From Spirochaetia bacterium (lineage in GTDB: Bacteria > Spirochaetota > Spirochaetia > WTKD01 > G963693115): 64,000 bases of DNA. The stretch spans positions 128,001-192,000 of the forward strand of contig CBDDCA010000005.1 in NCBI GenBank assembly GCA_965226055.1. Direction: 5' to 3'. The notes under the pieces were generated by a model that worked only from the letters and a program-made list of their open reading frames with translations, was not told the origin of the DNA and did no database searches. A program made the position numbers and the translations under genes. Below, piece by piece: positions 9,001 through 17,182 of this stretch. Numbering within the stretch: position 1 is the stretch's first letter; each line of letters starts with the position of its first letter.

Positions 9001-10750
9001 GAAATTGCTTTTTAATCCTCACTACTATGTTTTGATACTGCAACACAGTAAGATCGTTTATGCTTGCTTCTTGATATACCACATCAAACACATATGCCCA
9101 TGTAGGTATCTTTTCATCAGATACACTAGAGCTATCAAATATATCTGTTTTATCTACTGTCCTTCCTGCTATATGCTCTCCCCATGCTTCCAAATCTTGA
9201 TCAAATGCTTTTGTTGAATTAAACATATTCTCCATAGTAGTTACCGCATCAACTGCCCAGCCTGATATATCCTGATTAAAGGCAGTTGCTCCTTCAAACA
9301 TACCATCCATAATGGTAACTTTCTTTACATCCCATTGCGATATATCGCTATTAAATTGTGCAGTATGAAACATCTCTTTCATATCTCTCACGTTACTCAC
9401 AACCCAAATTGATATATTTCCATTAAATCGCGATCCACGAAACATCTCTTTCATTTCTCTTACATTACTGACGTCCCAACTTGATATGTCCCCAGTAAAT
9501 TGTGAATCACGAAACATACTATTCATTTCTCTCACATTACTTACATCCCAGCCTGATATATTTCCATTAAACTTTGATCCTCGGAACATCTCATTCATAT
9601 ATTTCACTTTACTGACATCCCAGCCCGATATATCTCCAGTAAAATGTTTCAGCATACTATCATTAAATATACCACTCATATCAGTAATGGCACTGACATC
9701 AATGCTATTGAGATCTGCTGTAGCATTATCAATAATCCCATTCCCATCAGCATCTACTATCACTTTTATGAGTGCTATCAGCTCTGCTTTTGTCTTAGGT
9801 TGTGTCGAATAATCCTTCACTGATACCGATACAGCTGCTTGCACATTTTTATTTACTGCTTTATCAAATTCTCCTGTCCCATTAAAAGTAACAGTAAACC
9901 TGTGAGGACTTCCCTTTGTTATCGTCTTAAGGTCTCCTGCATTTGCTGTTATTGTCCCTGTCGTGCCATCAAAATTCATCCCTGTTGGAAGTACATCTCT
10001 CCCTGCCAACACTGGGAGTAATGCAAATGTTCCTGTTGTTGTTACTGGCCACCGAGTGATAGACACATTCACTGCCCGCCCTACTATTGCCACCACTACC
10101 TTTGGCTCTAACAGCACCTCTAATGTCAACCATCTGGGATCCTCAGTAACCCCCGAATTCTTAAATACATCTTTACTCACTTTACTTACCGCAGGTGCTA
10201 CTGCCCATTGCTTCAGATCCTGAGTAAAAGCAGCTGTTCCTTCAAACATGCTGTTGATCTGTTTTACATTACTTACATCCCAGCCTGATATATCCCCATT
10301 AAATTTGGTCGCTCCCTTAAACATAGTATTCATGTTTGTTACTTTGCTTACATCCCACCTTGATATCCCTCCACGAAACTCTGTCACTCCTTCAAACATA
10401 CCACTCATATTTGTTACATGGCTTACATCCCACTCCGACACATTGCCACTAAAGGTAGGAAACTGGACAAACAAATTACTCATATCAGCAACCTTACTTA
10501 CATCTATATCGTTTAAGTCTGCTGCCATATCTTTACTTAATCGCTCAGAGATAAGCTGTAATAATTGCGACTTTGAGCTAGGCTGTACCTTTCCTCCACC
10601 CCCTCCAGGAGCAGGAGAAGATCCTCCACTAGAGCCCCCTCCTGGATCTTCACAGCCCAGTAATAGTAGTACTAGTACCAATAGTAGCATTACCCCCCCC
10701 CCCCCCATATATACAGCATTGCTATGTATAAACAAATTATTTTTTCTCAT
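3038..10750 (-). CDS. Giant surface lipoprotein with 7 DUF285/BspA-like repeat modules and 5 Ig-like (He_PIG-like) spacers; G14 tract in the signal peptide
   Basis: Start placed at ATG 10750 (MRKNN, preceded by AAGGAG), not 10774. Lipobox LLLGC, Gly/Ser linker, many FNGDISxWDVSNVTxMxxMF repeats, and spacers such as TGLIFDTATGEISGSPT. Confidence 0.9.
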   Translation of the reverse strand: MRKNNLFIHSNAVYMGGGGVMLLLVLVLLLLGCEDPGGGSSGGSSPAPGGGGGKVQPSSKSQLLQLISERLSKDMAADLNDIDVSKVADMSNLFVQFPTFSGNVSEWDVSHVTNMSGMFEGVTEFRGGISRWDVSKVTNMNTMFKGATKFNGDISGWDVSNVKQINSMFEGTAAFTQDLKQWAVAPAVSKVSKDVFKNSGVTEDPRWLTLEVLLEPKVVVAIVGRAVNVSITRWPVTTTGTFALLPVLAGRDVLPTGMNFDGTTGTITANAGDLKTITKGSPHRFTVTFNGTGEFDKAVNKNVQAAVSVSVKDYSTQPKTKAELIALIKVIVDADGNGIIDNATADLNSIDVSAITDMSGIFNDSMLKHFTGDISGWDVSKVKYMNEMFRGSKFNGNISGWDVSNVREMNSMFRDSQFTGDISSWDVSNVREMKEMFRGSRFNGNISIWVVSNVRDMKEMFHTAQFNSDISQWDVKKVTIMDGMFEGATAFNQDISGWAVDAVTTMENMFNSTKAFDQDLEAWGEHIAGRTVDKTDIFDSSSVSDEKIPTWAYVFDVVYQEASINDLTVLQYQNIVVRIKKQFPSHATGQYSIAPNTFTADTGLSFDAQKGIIKGIATQEVAKKAYTITFTGDAKFQGKSLVIPFSLEVKANQGKYAYFPNNKTELIAAIKKVMDINGDGTPDDNKADLNIIYTGNITDMSAVFHGSVLRSFNGDISGWDVSNVTNMYAMFYKSQFNGDISGWDVSNVTTMKYMFFGTSFNGNISNWKVSKVTSMSNMFRGSQFTGDISRWKVSNVAIMESMFMNSQFNGDISGWDVSSVSDMRFMFWGSPFTGDISDWDVSNVIAMNGMFNESQFTGDISRWKVSNVRDMYGMFWLSQFNGDISDWDVSNVTDMGYMFYASPFNGDVSKWDVRDVTRMKKMFASAKSFNQNISGWNVEKVTTMEEMFNSAKSFDQDLEAWGEHIPEITESGKPLDITGIFSHLPDEKIPSWVYTLVYKDTGVTVNKKVFTTSDKNIVLSIDKTPKAATGTYSVVPTTFTTDTGLIFDTATGEISGSPTVALATKEYTITFTGNGGYVGRKKSTPLTLTIQDVSAYTYTPKTNAALIADIKTVMAADADGDGNPDGNTADLNVIYTGYITDMSGIFNESALRNFNGDISGWDVSNVTTMDSMFEESKFTGENGDITSWDVGNITDMNDMFKKSSYAGDISGWDVRNVTTMNEMFRETAYNNDITLWDVRNVADMELMFYKNTAFDKDISYWNVSKVATMKQMFSETGAFNQDISSWAVDVVTTMESMFQGATAFDKDLEAWGEHIAERTVNTDKIFNTADNSGVILSDKNIPTWLYDFVLTVGGTESSTISGFVGKAIEADGAITVSKKLPTTAVGSYTISPSITDIGLSLDASTGAISGSPTKVQSTKSYTLLFSGTGDYASKSYEIPFIMTVAAGKYSYSPTNKAELIAAIKDVMDTNDDGSPNDNSADLNVIYTGNITDMRELFSDDLTSFNGDISKWDVSNVTTMRSMFYDSSFNGDISNWDVSNVTTMRTMFYQSKFNGDISGWDVSNVTIMRYMFYRTPFNGDISKWDVSNVTDMEAMFYETPFTGDISEWDVSSVGNMRHMFWGTPFNGDISEWDVSNVIDMDTMFYKSQFTGDISRWKVSNVRNMYGMFWFSQFNGDIAGWAVDSVTTIKNMFRKTTAFDQDLEAWGEHIAGRTVDKGNIFTDANVSDENIPSWIYSISQTYGGNVASLFTMVKGQQNISIPLTNTGVSTFNATGDYSILPSTFTADTGLTFSGGSGASGLISGSPTKALALRKYIIVFTGTGDYAGKRRTKEFTIHIHDGSGTYTYYPKTKNALIANIKTVMAADADGDGNPDGNTADLNGIYTGYITDMREVFYDSALKSFNGDISGWDVSNVVNMRNLFKESQFTGDISSWDVSNVSYMQGMFYKSQFTGDISSWDVSDVEQMYWMFRESQFNGDISDWDVSSVGNMKHMFYKSQFNGDISKWDVSNVTDMEAMFYDSPFTKDISGWDVGNVTTMYFMFAYAQFNGDISRWNVKKVTDTDYMFYKATAFNQDISGWAVDTVTTMEYMFNGATEFNQDLESWGEHVAGRKINIPGIFDKTKIPNDKIPSWTYQYQPTNKAELIKAIRQMISTNNRADLNVIYTGNIRDMSKVFNDPFLRNFNGNIARWDVSNVTTMKEMFQASKFTGDISRWNVSNVTDMSNMFLDTSFNGDISGWKVDKVEDMESMFSTSSFNGDISGWKVDKVTNMRGMFYKSKFNGDISGWNVSNVTDMGGMFHTSSFKGDISGWDVSNVTDMSNMFLNTSFKGNISKWKVDNVKFMYGMFRNSRFNGDISDWKVGNVTSMKGLFYSSSFNKDISNWDVSNVTTMRDMFRGSKFNGDISRWNVSNVTDMGDMFHGSSFRGDIKDWKVGKVTDMSYMFSNTDGFNSRIGGWDVSNVTNMAYMFSSYGLYYRPFSANISGWNVSKVENMKGMFYDNHAFNRNIAGWDVSSLTNMFEMFAGATAFDRDLYEWKDHFGSKKVNATNAFAGTAIRHKTPDWAGGTYTGPSSK
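3150..10460 (-). repeat. Seven coding arrays of about 72-bp (24-aa) DUF285 repeats
   Basis: GGTAACATTAC recurs at 3521, 3593 and 3881 (multiples of 72). Approximate arrays: 3150-4215, 4460-5055, 5660-6245, 6830-7295, 7880-8620, 9200-9645 and 10220-10460. Confidence 0.9.
10693..10706 (-). repeat. G14 homopolymer in the signal-peptide coding sequence (contingency locus)
   Basis: 14 consecutive C on the plus strand, encoding M-G-G-G-G-V. No other G/C run of comparable length was seen in this AT-rich window. Confidence 0.9.
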
Positions 10751-10860
10751 ATGTATCTCCTTACTTTTTTTCAAAAATATTCAATATTGTATATAATAAA
10801 CTATATTACATAATATTACAATACTGTTTCTGCGATCACCACGAGTTCAAGGACTAAATA

Positions 10861-11448
10861 CTACTTATAGGCGTTCTGTTCTTCTACTGCTTTATCAATA
10901 GAAATGCCATCAAAATATACACCTTTAATCCTCGCTTTTCCATCTCTTATAAAAATACTAGCATATACTTCTTTGCTTTCCTGATATAACTGCTCTGCTT
11001 TTTGAACTTCATCTTCGTTCATATACCAGCTGGTAATAGGAAACACAATATTACTATGATTATCTCCATCCTCTGACAGATATGGACGACTATCAATAAT
11101 AGTCTTTAAGAAATCTTTAGTATGTTCAGGACATTCTGTTTCTACCAAAGACAAAGATGCAAAGCCATCCTCAGCTACATCATATTGTACATACACTGGA
11201 GTTCCTGCCTCATAGGGAGTAGAAGGATAATAAGTAATGGCTCTGTCATCATAATTAAGATATAAGTATTTTCCACGAAAAATATCAGCAGGATCTTTTA
11301 CAATCAGCTTAAACTTATACTCTGTACCGTTTTTTAACACAGAAACACTAGAGAGTACCATAAAAAGTACAACCCCTAATTGTAAAAAGGAACACAGAAT
11401 AAAGAACAATACTCTAATTATTTTTTTATTAACATTTTTCATCATCAC
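10861..11448 (-). CDS. GDYXXLXY-domain membrane-anchored protein
   Basis: N-terminal TM helix followed by KDPADIFRGKYLYLNY, matching the DPxD.FRGxYxxLxY signature. Adjacent to a DUF2157-like gene, its usual partner. Confidence 0.8.
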   Translation of the reverse strand: MMMKNVNKKIIRVLFFILCSFLQLGVVLFMVLSSVSVLKNGTEYKFKLIVKDPADIFRGKYLYLNYDDRAITYYPSTPYEAGTPVYVQYDVAEDGFASLSLVETECPEHTKDFLKTIIDSRPYLSEDGDNHSNIVFPITSWYMNEDEVQKAEQLYQESKEVYASIFIRDGKARIKGVYFDGISIDKAVEEQNAYK

Positions 11449-11479
11449 ATCTCATATTAATATATTACAAAAGAATAAT

Positions 11480-12949
11480 TTATACCTCTTTTGCTATACG
11501 CCTTTCTTTTGCTCTTAGAAAAAATATATTGATTTGTAGAAATACTATACCCAATAGAATAAATACTATTCCTCGAGTAAAATAACTAAAATCCGTATTC
11601 AAAAACTGCTGTACTATCCATATACAAATAATGCATACAGAAAAATTAAGTTGCCGAATATTTACCACGCTATGTTTTTTTACGGACTGTAATAACATAA
11701 ACATAGCACTCATAAGAATAAGCACATTAAAGATAACAGTGCTAACAGCATATACTCTCATCATATACTGTTCGCCTCCTCTTATTACTGCTTGATAGGC
11801 ACTTTCTCGCATTATTAGAGCAACAAGAAACGACATACAAAGTATTGCAAAGAAATCAATAGTAACAGAAATATTTTCTTTCTTCTTTTTATGTATAGAA
11901 CGAGATACAATAAAGATATGCACCACTAAAGACAAAACAAGAATGATACCCAAAAATACAATACTCTGTTGTGTTGCTTCTCTACTATGGGTACTATACA
12001 TATTATAAAAATTAGAATCAATTACATAAAACACCACTACAAGCATTCCAAACATACCTACTATTTTATACGCATTCAATAGTACCCCTGTATGCGAATA
12101 TACTCTACTTCCAAATAAATATAGTATCTGAAAAAATAGACTATACCCAATAACCCACACGCTAGAAATAATAAACGCTGCAGAATCTATCATTGAAAGT
12201 ATCAACGATACCCCTAACCAACAAGCAATAACAATACACCAATTTTGTATTGCTACAATAAAAGATACTCTTTTGAGAGAAACAATAGATTTTTGAAATT
12301 GAATATAAAAAGGAAGAGAAATAACAAGTGGAGTAAGGTATACTAAGGACTTCAATTTATACAAATTTGAGTAGTTGGAATAAAAAAACAGTATATCGGC
12401 ATCGTAAAAAACATGTATCAAAAGCCAAATGATAGTAACAATAAACAACAAAGATAATGTAGGGCTACGAAAAATATACAAAACAGGAAGTATAAGTATA
12501 AGTACAATAAAAAGAAACTGAGAAAGTTCTGCAGGAATATGATATATTTGAGAAATAAAAGCAATAGATGCACCAAGGGAAAGCAATAAAAAACAAACGC
12601 TTCCTTCACGCCATGCAGAAGATTGCTTTTTTTGTATAAGGGTAACACCACACAGTATTTGTGCAGTAACTAAAAGCACAAAAGCAATAGATATTTTTAC
12701 TCCACTTGATAGTATATCCCAGTTGTGAGCAAAAATAAGCACGATACCAACACCAACACATAAAGCTCCAAACACCGAGAATAATACAGTCAGTATAGTT
12801 CTCTTTTTATCATGAGTGCTTTGTAATGTACTGTCTGCCATCTCCTGTTCAGCATAATATGCTTGTATTGATCTTGCAGTATCCTTATCAATGACAGCAG
12901 CATCTACGAGCTTTTGAATATCAGCTTCCATCCCTTTTTGGTTGTGCAT
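11480..12949 (-). CDS. DUF2157-family polytopic membrane protein
   Basis: FGALCVGVGIVLIFAHNWDIL and GASIAFISQIYHI motifs, plus many hydrophobic helices. Confidence 0.8.
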   Translation of the reverse strand: MHNQKGMEADIQKLVDAAVIDKDTARSIQAYYAEQEMADSTLQSTHDKKRTILTVLFSVFGALCVGVGIVLIFAHNWDILSSGVKISIAFVLLVTAQILCGVTLIQKKQSSAWREGSVCFLLLSLGASIAFISQIYHIPAELSQFLFIVLILILPVLYIFRSPTLSLLFIVTIIWLLIHVFYDADILFFYSNYSNLYKLKSLVYLTPLVISLPFYIQFQKSIVSLKRVSFIVAIQNWCIVIACWLGVSLILSMIDSAAFIISSVWVIGYSLFFQILYLFGSRVYSHTGVLLNAYKIVGMFGMLVVVFYVIDSNFYNMYSTHSREATQQSIVFLGIILVLSLVVHIFIVSRSIHKKKKENISVTIDFFAILCMSFLVALIMRESAYQAVIRGGEQYMMRVYAVSTVIFNVLILMSAMFMLLQSVKKHSVVNIRQLNFSVCIICIWIVQQFLNTDFSYFTRGIVFILLGIVFLQINIFFLRAKERRIAKEV

Positions 12950-13001
12950 ATATATCCCCTATATTATAGATTGCAAAAAATATACTTTACAAACATAAAG
13001 T

Positions 13002-13084
13002 TGCGGTAGAAAGGACTTGAACCTTCACGGCCTAGGGCCACTAGCCCCTCAAGCTAGCGTGTCTACCAATTCCACCACTACCGC
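13002..13084 (-). tRNA. tRNA-Leu(GAG)
   Basis: GCGGTAG acceptor stem, D loop GGAATTGGTAGAC, anticodon arm CTAGC-TTGAGGG-GCTAG, long variable arm and GGTTCAAGTCC T-arm. CCA is not encoded. Confidence 0.97.
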
Positions 13085-13094
13085 AGATATATGT

Positions 13095-13123
13095 AGTGTA
13101 GTAAATATACATACTTATGTCAA
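13095..13123 (-). promoter_or_regulatory. sigma70 promoter of tRNA-Leu
   Basis: TTGACA (13123-13118), 17 nt, TACACT (13100-13095). Confidence 0.8.
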
Positions 13124-13309
13124 TTTTCTTATATAACATTTTTTGATTCAAACATTACATGCAACATAAAAGATTTTCACAAAATGGTAAAATTCCAAAA
13201 AAAGTATTATATATCTACTTGAAAAACACTCAAGCATATACTACTATATAGTAAGTCTATATCCCTTGTAATAACTACATAATCATATGATATAGGCAAG
13301 GAGTAAATT

Positions 13310-14104
13310 ATGAAAAAAATATTGATTATATGTCTGCTACTTAGTATGAGTACAGCTCTCTTCTCACAAGAACCAGTGCAAGAAACTGTAACTGTCATTC
13401 AAGCAAAACGTACTATCCCTCCTAAATTTTTATTAGGACTTGGCTTTGATCTTCTTTTTGGTACTGATACCACGACACAATCAACATCAAAATCAGGTGA
13501 TGCTAATACATTCACAGAATCTAACCCAAAAAACGATAGTTATGATGCTGGTATTATAGGAGATTTTTATGTTGCGTTAGGAACACGTATACTCAGAAGT
13601 CTTGATATATACGGGAGATTAGGGGTAAACTATGCATTTATCCATCAGGATATTGAATTGAAAACAGATGGAAAAAATAACTTTATTTGGTATAACCGAT
13701 TCGATTTTAATATAGATGCAAATACACGATATACTTTCCCTCTTGGTTCATTTGGTGGTCCTTATGTTGGATTAGGGCTAGGACTTGCATTTAATATGTC
13801 AGAGGATATACAGTGGTTTCAGTACGATAAGGATAGTGATAAATTTGAGGTAACAACACTCAGAAATAATAACAAAAGAGCAAAAGTACATGGTTACACT
13901 AACTTTGGGCTTGGATTTTTATTTAAGACATATGACGATACTGCGTTTTCATTAGGATATAGTATGCGCTTCTACTTTTCTTCTTTATTCAACGAAGATG
14001 GAGACAAAATCTTGAAAAAAAGCAATGGAGAAACAGCAAAAATAAAATTTGGCAACAATCAATTACTGCATGGTATTAACCTTGAATTTTCAACTGCATT
14101 TTAA
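13310..14104 (+). CDS. Putative outer-membrane beta-barrel protein
   Basis: Sec signal peptide, alternating aromatic/Gly strands (PYVGLGLGLAF) and a C-terminal Phe strand (GINLEFSTAF). AAGGAG RBS. Confidence 0.7.
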   Translation: MKKILIICLLLSMSTALFSQEPVQETVTVIQAKRTIPPKFLLGLGFDLLFGTDTTTQSTSKSGDANTFTESNPKNDSYDAGIIGDFYVALGTRILRSLDIYGRLGVNYAFIHQDIELKTDGKNNFIWYNRFDFNIDANTRYTFPLGSFGGPYVGLGLGLAFNMSEDIQWFQYDKDSDKFEVTTLRNNNKRAKVHGYTNFGLGFLFKTYDDTAFSLGYSMRFYFSSLFNEDGDKILKKSNGETAKIKFGNNQLLHGINLEFSTAF

Positions 14105-14122
14105 TACTCCATAGATACTACC

Positions 14123-15169
14123 ATGATACAAACATATACCATTCAGAATACCTTAGGAACAACACTCACACTCTGTAATCTTGGTGCTAGTATTCTCTCA
14201 TTTAAGAATAAGGAAGGCATGGAATGTATTGTAGGTGATAAAGATCCACATTATATTACTGCTGAGAACTATCCGTATTTCGGTCTTACTGTAGGACCTC
14301 TTGCAGGAAGAACACGTACCACTCCATTTAGAGTAAACAAAAAAAGCTATACAGTACCAGCAAATGAAAACAAGGATGTTAGTCTCCATGGAGGAGCAAC
14401 AAGACAAGATATTAGCAATAATAACAGCCCTGCACTTAGCTTTTGTGAGTGGGAGCATACCGAGTTAGAACATACTTCGATGCAAGGATATATTTTCCAC
14501 ACCACTGTCAATGCATATGATACAAAAGCATCAATACAATGTCTTATTGCTCTCAAAAACAAAGAAAACACTATCCATATTGAATACAAAGTTAGTGCAG
14601 ATTCCTCGTTCCCTATAAACCTCACTAATCATAGCTACTTTAATCTTGGAGAAAATACTATTCTTAATCATACTATCAGTATTCCTGCTTCCTATATATA
14701 TAGAGTTAATGCACTTGGACTTGCTACAGGAGAACTCATGTATGTACGTAATAGTCCGCTTGATGTACATCCTTCCACTGCCCCTGCTTTTCTGCTAAAA
14801 GACTGTATTGATGCACTAAAACATGATAGAAACGGCTTAGATCATACCTTTAAGATAGACCATAATGCAGAAAAACACAATGCCGCCATAGCTTTGGAGA
14901 ATACTAACCGTATTCTCCACTTGGCTGGTACTCTTACTCTGCACAATTATAGATTACGCACCTTTACTACCTGTCCTGCGGTAGTATGCTATACTGGTAA
15001 TTTCCTTAACAAGTACACAGCAGGAGAAAAAGCCTACAGCCAATACGAAGCAATATGCTTTGAAACACAATATCCATCAGGCTTTACTCATATCCCAACA
15101 TTTCCACAAAGTGTTGCCGATACAAAAAAACCGTGGGTGCAATGTACTGAGTACGTATTTGATGTGTAA
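14123..15169 (+). CDS. galM: Aldose 1-epimerase (galactose mutarotase family)
   Basis: YFGLTVGPLAGR, SLHGG, NLTNHSYFNL, GLDH, YTGNFL and ICFETQ motifs. Confidence 0.9.
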   Translation: MIQTYTIQNTLGTTLTLCNLGASILSFKNKEGMECIVGDKDPHYITAENYPYFGLTVGPLAGRTRTTPFRVNKKSYTVPANENKDVSLHGGATRQDISNNNSPALSFCEWEHTELEHTSMQGYIFHTTVNAYDTKASIQCLIALKNKENTIHIEYKVSADSSFPINLTNHSYFNLGENTILNHTISIPASYIYRVNALGLATGELMYVRNSPLDVHPSTAPAFLLKDCIDALKHDRNGLDHTFKIDHNAEKHNAAIALENTNRILHLAGTLTLHNYRLRTFTTCPAVVCYTGNFLNKYTAGEKAYSQYEAICFETQYPSGFTHIPTFPQSVADTKKPWVQCTEYVFDV

Positions 15170-15303
15170 AACAATAGCATAGCAAGCATACCTTCCTTCT
15201 ATTTACAACCTCCTCATCATCAAGACAATTTTTACAAATTTTTATATAATAGTTATAGATACCATTTATATATCTAATTTACATAAATAACTGAGGAGAT
15301 ACT

Positions 15304-17178
15304 ATGAAAAAAATAAGACTCACCTGTTCTCAAGCACTTGTTCAGTTTCTTGATAAACAATATATTGAGTATGATGGAAAGCAACAAAAGTTTGTTGAAG
15401 GAATGGTAGGCATATTTGGACATGGGAGTGTACTTGGTATTGGGGATGCCTTACAACTCGACAATCATTCTTTACGATTTTATCGTGCTAATAATGAACA
15501 AGGGGCAGGACATATTGCAATGGGCTTCGCAAAACAACACAACAGAAAAAAAATACTGTGTGCGTTCAGTTCCATTGGCCCTGGTGCTATGAATATGATA
15601 ACAGCTGCAGCAACTGCCACAGCTAATCGTATTCCTGTATTGTTTATACCTGGAGATATTTTTGCTACTCGGCAACCCGACCCTGTACTACAACAAATAG
15701 AACAAGAACACGACTACACTATCAGCAGTAACGATGCGTTTCGTCCTGTCAGTAAATACTGGGATCGCATATCACGTCCCGAACAGATAATGTCCGCTGC
15801 CATCCATGCAATGCGAGTACTCACTGACCCTGCCACTACTGGAGCAGTTACCTTAAGCCTCCCTCAAGATACAGCAGCAGAAGCCTATGATTATCCTCTC
15901 TCCTTTTTTAAGAAAAGAATTCATCGTATACAGAGACGCCCTCTTGCACCAGAGCTTGCCGAAGAAATAGCTACAAAGATTGTAAAAAAGAAAAAACCTC
16001 TCATCATTGTTGGAGGCGGAGTACGATACTCTGAAGCATGGAAAGAAGTGGAAGCGTTTGCTCAAAAGTATGCTATTCCTTTTGCTGAGACACAGGCAGG
16101 AAAAGGCGTAATACTATCCCATAACCCACTGAACCTTGGAGGCGTTGGCACTACAGGGACCGAATGTGCAAACAAATACGCAGCCACCACAGATTGCCTC
16201 ATTGCTATAGGCACACGACTAAACGATTTTCATACTGCATCAAAATGGGCATTTAGAAATACTACTCTTGAAGTACTTTCCATAAATGTAAACAGCATGG
16301 ATGCCTACAAACTAAATGGCACTCCCTATATAGCAGATGCGAAACTTGCAATACAAGAAATTGATATTGCATTACAAAAAAAGAATTATAGCACCACTCC
16401 CGCTGTGCAACAAACAGTAAGCACCCTCAAAGCAAAATGGGATAAGGAAGTAGATACTCTCTATGCAAAAAAGCATACAGAACTCCTTACACAAACCCAA
16501 ATTTTAGGAGAACTCAACGAAGGTACTATAGTGCCAGATTCTGCAATCATTGTATGTGCGTCTGGGAGTCTTCCTTCAGACTTAGAACGTGTATGGCGTA
16601 CAAAATCTCTTCATAGCTATCATTTAGAATATGGATATTCATGTATGGGCTATGAAATAGCAGGTGCTATTGGAGCAAAAATAGCAGAGCCAAAACGAGA
16701 TGTATACGCTCTTGTAGGCGATGGAGCCTATCTTATGCTTCATCAAGAAATTGTTATGGCTATTGAAGAAAATATCAAAATTACTATTGTGTTGGTGGAT
16801 AACGGTGGATGGCAATGCATTGATAACTTGCAGACTGGATCGGGTATTCCACGTTTTGGCTGTGAACTACGTTTTCGCAACCCTACAACAAAACGACTTG
16901 ACGGAGACTATGTTCCCATAGATTTTGCACAAAATGCACAAAGCTATGGTGCAGACACATGGACTGTGTGCAACGAAACAGAGTTACAACAAGCCCTTAC
17001 AGCATCACAGAAAAGCAAGAAGCTCTGTCTTATAGCCTGTAAAAGTGTAGTAAAATCTATGACACAAGGATATGCCACATGGTGGCGTGCTGGCACTCCC
17101 GAAGTTTCGGAATACTCAGCAGTAAAAAAAGCCACTCATACCATGCATAAACATATACAAGAAGCAAAAGAATTTTAA
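15304..17178 (+). CDS. iolD: 3D-(3,5/4)-trihydroxycyclohexane-1,2-dione acylhydrolase
   Basis: IRLTCSQALVQFL, GIFGHGS, ATRQPDPVLQQIE, YHLEYGYSCMGYEIAG and the ThDP motif GDGAY. Confidence 0.96.
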   Translation: MKKIRLTCSQALVQFLDKQYIEYDGKQQKFVEGMVGIFGHGSVLGIGDALQLDNHSLRFYRANNEQGAGHIAMGFAKQHNRKKILCAFSSIGPGAMNMITAAATATANRIPVLFIPGDIFATRQPDPVLQQIEQEHDYTISSNDAFRPVSKYWDRISRPEQIMSAAIHAMRVLTDPATTGAVTLSLPQDTAAEAYDYPLSFFKKRIHRIQRRPLAPELAEEIATKIVKKKKPLIIVGGGVRYSEAWKEVEAFAQKYAIPFAETQAGKGVILSHNPLNLGGVGTTGTECANKYAATTDCLIAIGTRLNDFHTASKWAFRNTTLEVLSINVNSMDAYKLNGTPYIADAKLAIQEIDIALQKKNYSTTPAVQQTVSTLKAKWDKEVDTLYAKKHTELLTQTQILGELNEGTIVPDSAIIVCASGSLPSDLERVWRTKSLHSYHLEYGYSCMGYEIAGAIGAKIAEPKRDVYALVGDGAYLMLHQEIVMAIEENIKITIVLVDNGGWQCIDNLQTGSGIPRFGCELRFRNPTTKRLDGDYVPIDFAQNAQSYGADTWTVCNETELQQALTASQKSKKLCLIACKSVVKSMTQGYATWWRAGTPEVSEYSAVKKATHTMHKHIQEAKEF

Positions 17179-17182
17179 TATA

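Noticed and set aside
3150-10460. CRISPR-like periodicity (conserved block plus variable block every 72 bp)
   Set aside because: The units lie in frame within one long ORF, the conserved parts vary at synonymous sites, and no cas genes are present.
10751-10774. ORF-track start at 10774
   Set aside because: The AAGGAG RBS lies inside this stretch, ahead of ATG 10750, which matches the paralog's MRKNN start.
4164-10796. Plus-strand ORFs antisense to the DUF285 gene (likewise 57764-63200)
   Set aside because: These are shadow frames of repetitive coding sequence, with no RBS or independent protein features.
10830-13030. Genomic island integrated at the tRNA-Leu 3' end
   Set aside because: No convincing duplication of the tRNA 3' end (only AAGGACT near 10849) and no integrase.
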